From NCBI GenBank assembly GCA_050287845.1, contig JBNKCR010000098.1:1-64000 (forward strand): DNA of 64,000 bases, given 5' to 3'. Under the pieces are notes generated by a model that was not told the DNA's origin, made no database searches, and saw only the letters and a list, made by a program, of their open reading frames with translations. The DNA is from Polyangia bacterium. Lineage in GTDB: Bacteria > Myxococcota_A > Polyangia > JAAYKL01. Positions 61,298-64,000 of the stretch are shown piece after piece (positions within the stretch are counted from its first letter, which is position 1; the number at the start of each line of letters is the position of its first letter). The position numbers and the translations under genes are program-made.

Positions 61298-61468
61298 CTA
61301 TTTGAGCAATTTCTCTGTCTTGGCTTCCTGGCTACCGCCGAGTGAAAGGGTGCCCAGAAGAATCCCGGAAGCAATGACCAGCAAGAGAATGTGCCCCCAA
61401 ACGGTACCGGAACAAAGAGGAACAAGTGCAGCCAGAAGAACTATTGGAAAAAGTGCCAGTTTGATCAT
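61298..61468 (-). CDS. Small two-TM membrane protein (56 aa, below the ORF-track cutoff)
   Basis: Own translation MIKLALFPIVLLAALVPLCSGTVWGHILLLVIASGILLGTLSLGGSQEAKTEKLLK; GAAGGGA upstream. Confidence 0.55.
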   Translation of the reverse strand: MIKLALFPIVLLAALVPLCSGTVWGHILLLVIASGILLGTLSLGGSQEAKTEKLLK

Positions 61469-61626
61469 GTCATCTATCCCTTCTGCGAACTCTTACTTTT
61501 GATTACCATGTAGGATAATTTACCACACGAATTTCCTCGTGTCAAATTCGCATTTTTTTAAAGGCGAAACGGGTTTTGTGCAAGGAAAAAAATTACTGGG
61601 TATCGTAATTTATTGCTCTTCCCAAA

Positions 61627-61654
61627 TTGACATCAATACCTTAAGAGATAGATT
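61627..61654 (+). promoter_or_regulatory. Sigma-70-type promoter for lon
   Basis: TTGACA-N16-TAGATT. Confidence 0.45.
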
Positions 61655-61698
61655 AATTTAACGGACAGGGAGCAACGTAGAAACAAAGTAAAGGAAAA

Positions 61699-64000
61699 GT
61701 GCCTGAAATGATTGAACAAATTGTCCCAATTTTGCCTCTTCGAAACTCTGTGATGTTTCCTGCATCAGTGGTGCCTATCAATGTTGGACGAAAAAAGTCC
61801 ATTGCAGCGATAGAGGAGGTTCAAAAAGGTGAAGAGCAGCTAATTGCAGTATTGAGTCAGAAAGATGCGGATACTGAAGATCCTCTCTGGAATGACCTTT
61901 ACCAAATGGGTACCATCGCGAGAGTCCTGAAGGTCATCCGGTTGGGTGACGACAACTATTCGGTGGTATTGCAGGGAGTGGAACGGTTTCGAATCGTGGA
62001 GCCGATGAGCGTCGAACCCATATTACGGGCAAAGGTTCAGCGGATTCCTGACAATGTACAGAACAATCTTGAGTTGGAAGCGTTGGCGAACAATCTGAAA
62101 GAAACCGGCAGAAAGCTGATTAATCTGCTTCCCAATCTCCCCAAGGAGGCTTCCGGAATTCTGGAGCACGTGACGGAACCGGGGATTCTGGCGGATTTGG
62201 TCGCATCCAATCTGACGGTGGAAGTTGCTGAAAAGCAGACCGTGATTGAAGCCGTAGATGTTGAGAAAAGAATACGTACCTGTCTGAAGTTGCTTACCAA
62301 GCAGCTTGAAATGTTGAAGGTTAAAAAAGAAATTTCGTCCGCAGTCCAGGAAGAGATGGGGCGAAGTCAGCGTGAATATTTTCTCCGGCAGCAAATGAAG
62401 GCCATTAAGGAGGAATTGGGGGAAGGTGAGGATGTTGAGGATGAAATCGAAGAGATTCGCGCCAGAATCGCTGACAGTGGGATGGGCGATGAAGCCGAGA
62501 AGATGGCGAACAAGCAGTTGAACCGGCTTCGGCACATGCAGTCCTCGTCAGCGGAATACACCGTTACACGGACATATCTCGACTGGCTTGTCGAGCTTCC
62601 CTGGAAAACAACAACCGAGGATAAGCTCGATATCGATTCGGTGCAGCGGATATTGAATGAGGACCATTACGATCTGGAGAAAGTGAAGCAGCGCATTCTT
62701 GAACAGATCGCGGTACTGAAACTGAACCCCGAGAAAAAAGGATCGATCCTGTGTCTTGTTGGACCGCCCGGAGTTGGAAAAACGTCATTAGGCAAATCCA
62801 TTGCCAGAGCAATCGGACGGGAGTTTGTGCGCATATCTCTGGGGGGGGTGCGCGACGAGGCGGAGATTCGGGGGCACCGGCGGACATATGTGGGCGCATT
62901 GCCGGGGCGAGTGCTGCAGGGAATGAAAAAAGCGGGGACCATTAATCCGCTGTTTATGCTGGACGAGCTGGACAAACTGGGATCAGATTTCCGGGGAGAC
63001 CCCGCATCGGCAATGCTTGAGGTGCTGGATCCCGAGCAGAACAATACATTTTCGGATCATTACCTGGAAGTGACTTACGATTTGTCCAAGGTAATGTTTA
63101 TCGGTACAGCAAATAACAAGTCCACCATTCCGCCAGCGTTGATGGACCGCATTGAGATGATTGATATCCCCGGTTACACCCGCGAAGAGAAGCGGCAAAT
63201 TGCGGTGAACTATTCCATTCCCAAGCAAATTGGGGAGCATGGACTGACCAACGAGCTGCTTCATTTTACCGATGAAGGCATACTGTGCATCATTGACTCC
63301 TACACCCGGGAGGCAGGGGTCCGGAATCTCGAGAGAGAGATTGCCCGCGTCTGTCGGGCGGTGGCGGTAAAGGTGGCCCGGGCAGACGATGGCAGGGGAT
63401 ATGAAGCCAATCCGGATTTTATTCAGGAGGTGCTCGGTCCTGTTCGGTTCATCCCTGAAATGGCGGATAGGTGTTCTGTTCCCGGAGTGACCACCGGGCT
63501 GGCCTGGACCCCTATGGGGGGCGATATTATATTTATCGAGGCCACGAAGATGAAGGGCAGTGGCAAAATGGCGATGACGGGGCAGTTGGGTGACGTCATG
63601 AAGGAATCCGCGCAAACGGCTTTGTCGTACGTGAAATCCAATGCGGGAAATTTCGCTCTGCAGCCCGATGTTACTGAGGAAATCGATATTCATCTGCACG
63701 TACCCGCAGGAAGCGTGCCCAAGGATGGCCCCAGCGCGGGGGTATCGATGTTCACATCCCTTGTCTCATTGTTTTCGGACCGGAAAGTGCACTCTGATAT
63801 TGCCATGACCGGAGAAATTACATTGCGTGGGCTGGTTCTGCCCATCGGTGGTGTGAAGGAAAAAGTATTGGCTGCACACCAGGCGGGTATCAAGCGGGTG
63901 ATTCTGCCGGAACGCAACCGGAAAGATAAACCGGATATTCCAGAAGAAATACTCAAAGACATCGAATTGATTTTTGTATCCCGAATGGAAGAAGTTATTG
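61699..64000 (+). CDS. lon: Lon ATP-dependent protease (runs off the window end; absent from the ORF track)
   Basis: Own translation: PILPLRNSVMFP, GPPGVGKTS, RGHRRTYVGA.PG, LDELDK, PKDGPSAG and GGVKEK; start GTG 61699 or ATG 61708. Confidence 0.97.
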   Translation, partial: MPEMIEQIVPILPLRNSVMFPASVVPINVGRKKSIAAIEEVQKGEEQLIAVLSQKDADTEDPLWNDLYQMGTIARVLKVIRLGDDNYSVVLQGVERFRIVEPMSVEPILRAKVQRIPDNVQNNLELEALANNLKETGRKLINLLPNLPKEASGILEHVTEPGILADLVASNLTVEVAEKQTVIEAVDVEKRIRTCLKLLTKQLEMLKVKKEISSAVQEEMGRSQREYFLRQQMKAIKEELGEGEDVEDEIEEIRARIADSGMGDEAEKMANKQLNRLRHMQSSSAEYTVTRTYLDWLVELPWKTTTEDKLDIDSVQRILNEDHYDLEKVKQRILEQIAVLKLNPEKKGSILCLVGPPGVGKTSLGKSIARAIGREFVRISLGGVRDEAEIRGHRRTYVGALPGRVLQGMKKAGTINPLFMLDELDKLGSDFRGDPASAMLEVLDPEQNNTFSDHYLEVTYDLSKVMFIGTANNKSTIPPALMDRIEMIDIPGYTREEKRQIAVNYSIPKQIGEHGLTNELLHFTDEGILCIIDSYTREAGVRNLEREIARVCRAVAVKVARADDGRGYEANPDFIQEVLGPVRFIPEMADRCSVPGVTTGLAWTPMGGDIIFIEATKMKGSGKMAMTGQLGDVMKESAQTALSYVKSNAGNFALQPDVTEEIDIHLHVPAGSVPKDGPSAGVSMFTSLVSLFSDRKVHSDIAMTGEITLRGLVLPIGGVKEKVLAAHQAGIKRVILPERNRKDKPDIPEEILKDIELIFVSRMEEVI

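Overview
Bacterial chromosomal window, most likely from a Myxococcota/deltaproteobacterial lineage (TIGR02266 PilZ protein, TIGR04552-like protein, AgmK/GltI-like giant TPR protein, split atp operon, Asp-Thr/Ser-linker lipoproteins). The left half (1-30 kb) is largely accessory. It holds surface-anchored glycan-active lipoproteins (GH8 Rex-type xylanase, expansin, CBM6 protein, Cys-repeat protein), transporters, an HDAC-family deacetylase, an HD-GYP/histidine kinase pair with rph-rdgB, and a degenerate Fic protein. It also holds a compact island (7.8-16.6 kb) where an NtrC-family activator sits beside four sigma-54 (-24/-12) promoter motifs. Three of these motifs point at tiny genes and one has no obvious gene. 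The island also carries a PIG-L-like protein and a GT4-GH130-GH130 operon. The right half is mostly core: HAMP/HEAT/TPR genes, a 3486-aa TPR giant, lpdA, rho-rpmE-DUF1385-prfA, HIT, atpZIBE, cyclophilin, miaB, lepB and a partial lon. A degenerate tmRNA/tRNA 3'-end relic lies at about 45.87 kb and a MITE/REP-like palindromic element at the window start. No CRISPR array, rRNA, intact tRNA, integrase or transposase was seen. All calls are from motif recognition by eye; no database searches were run.
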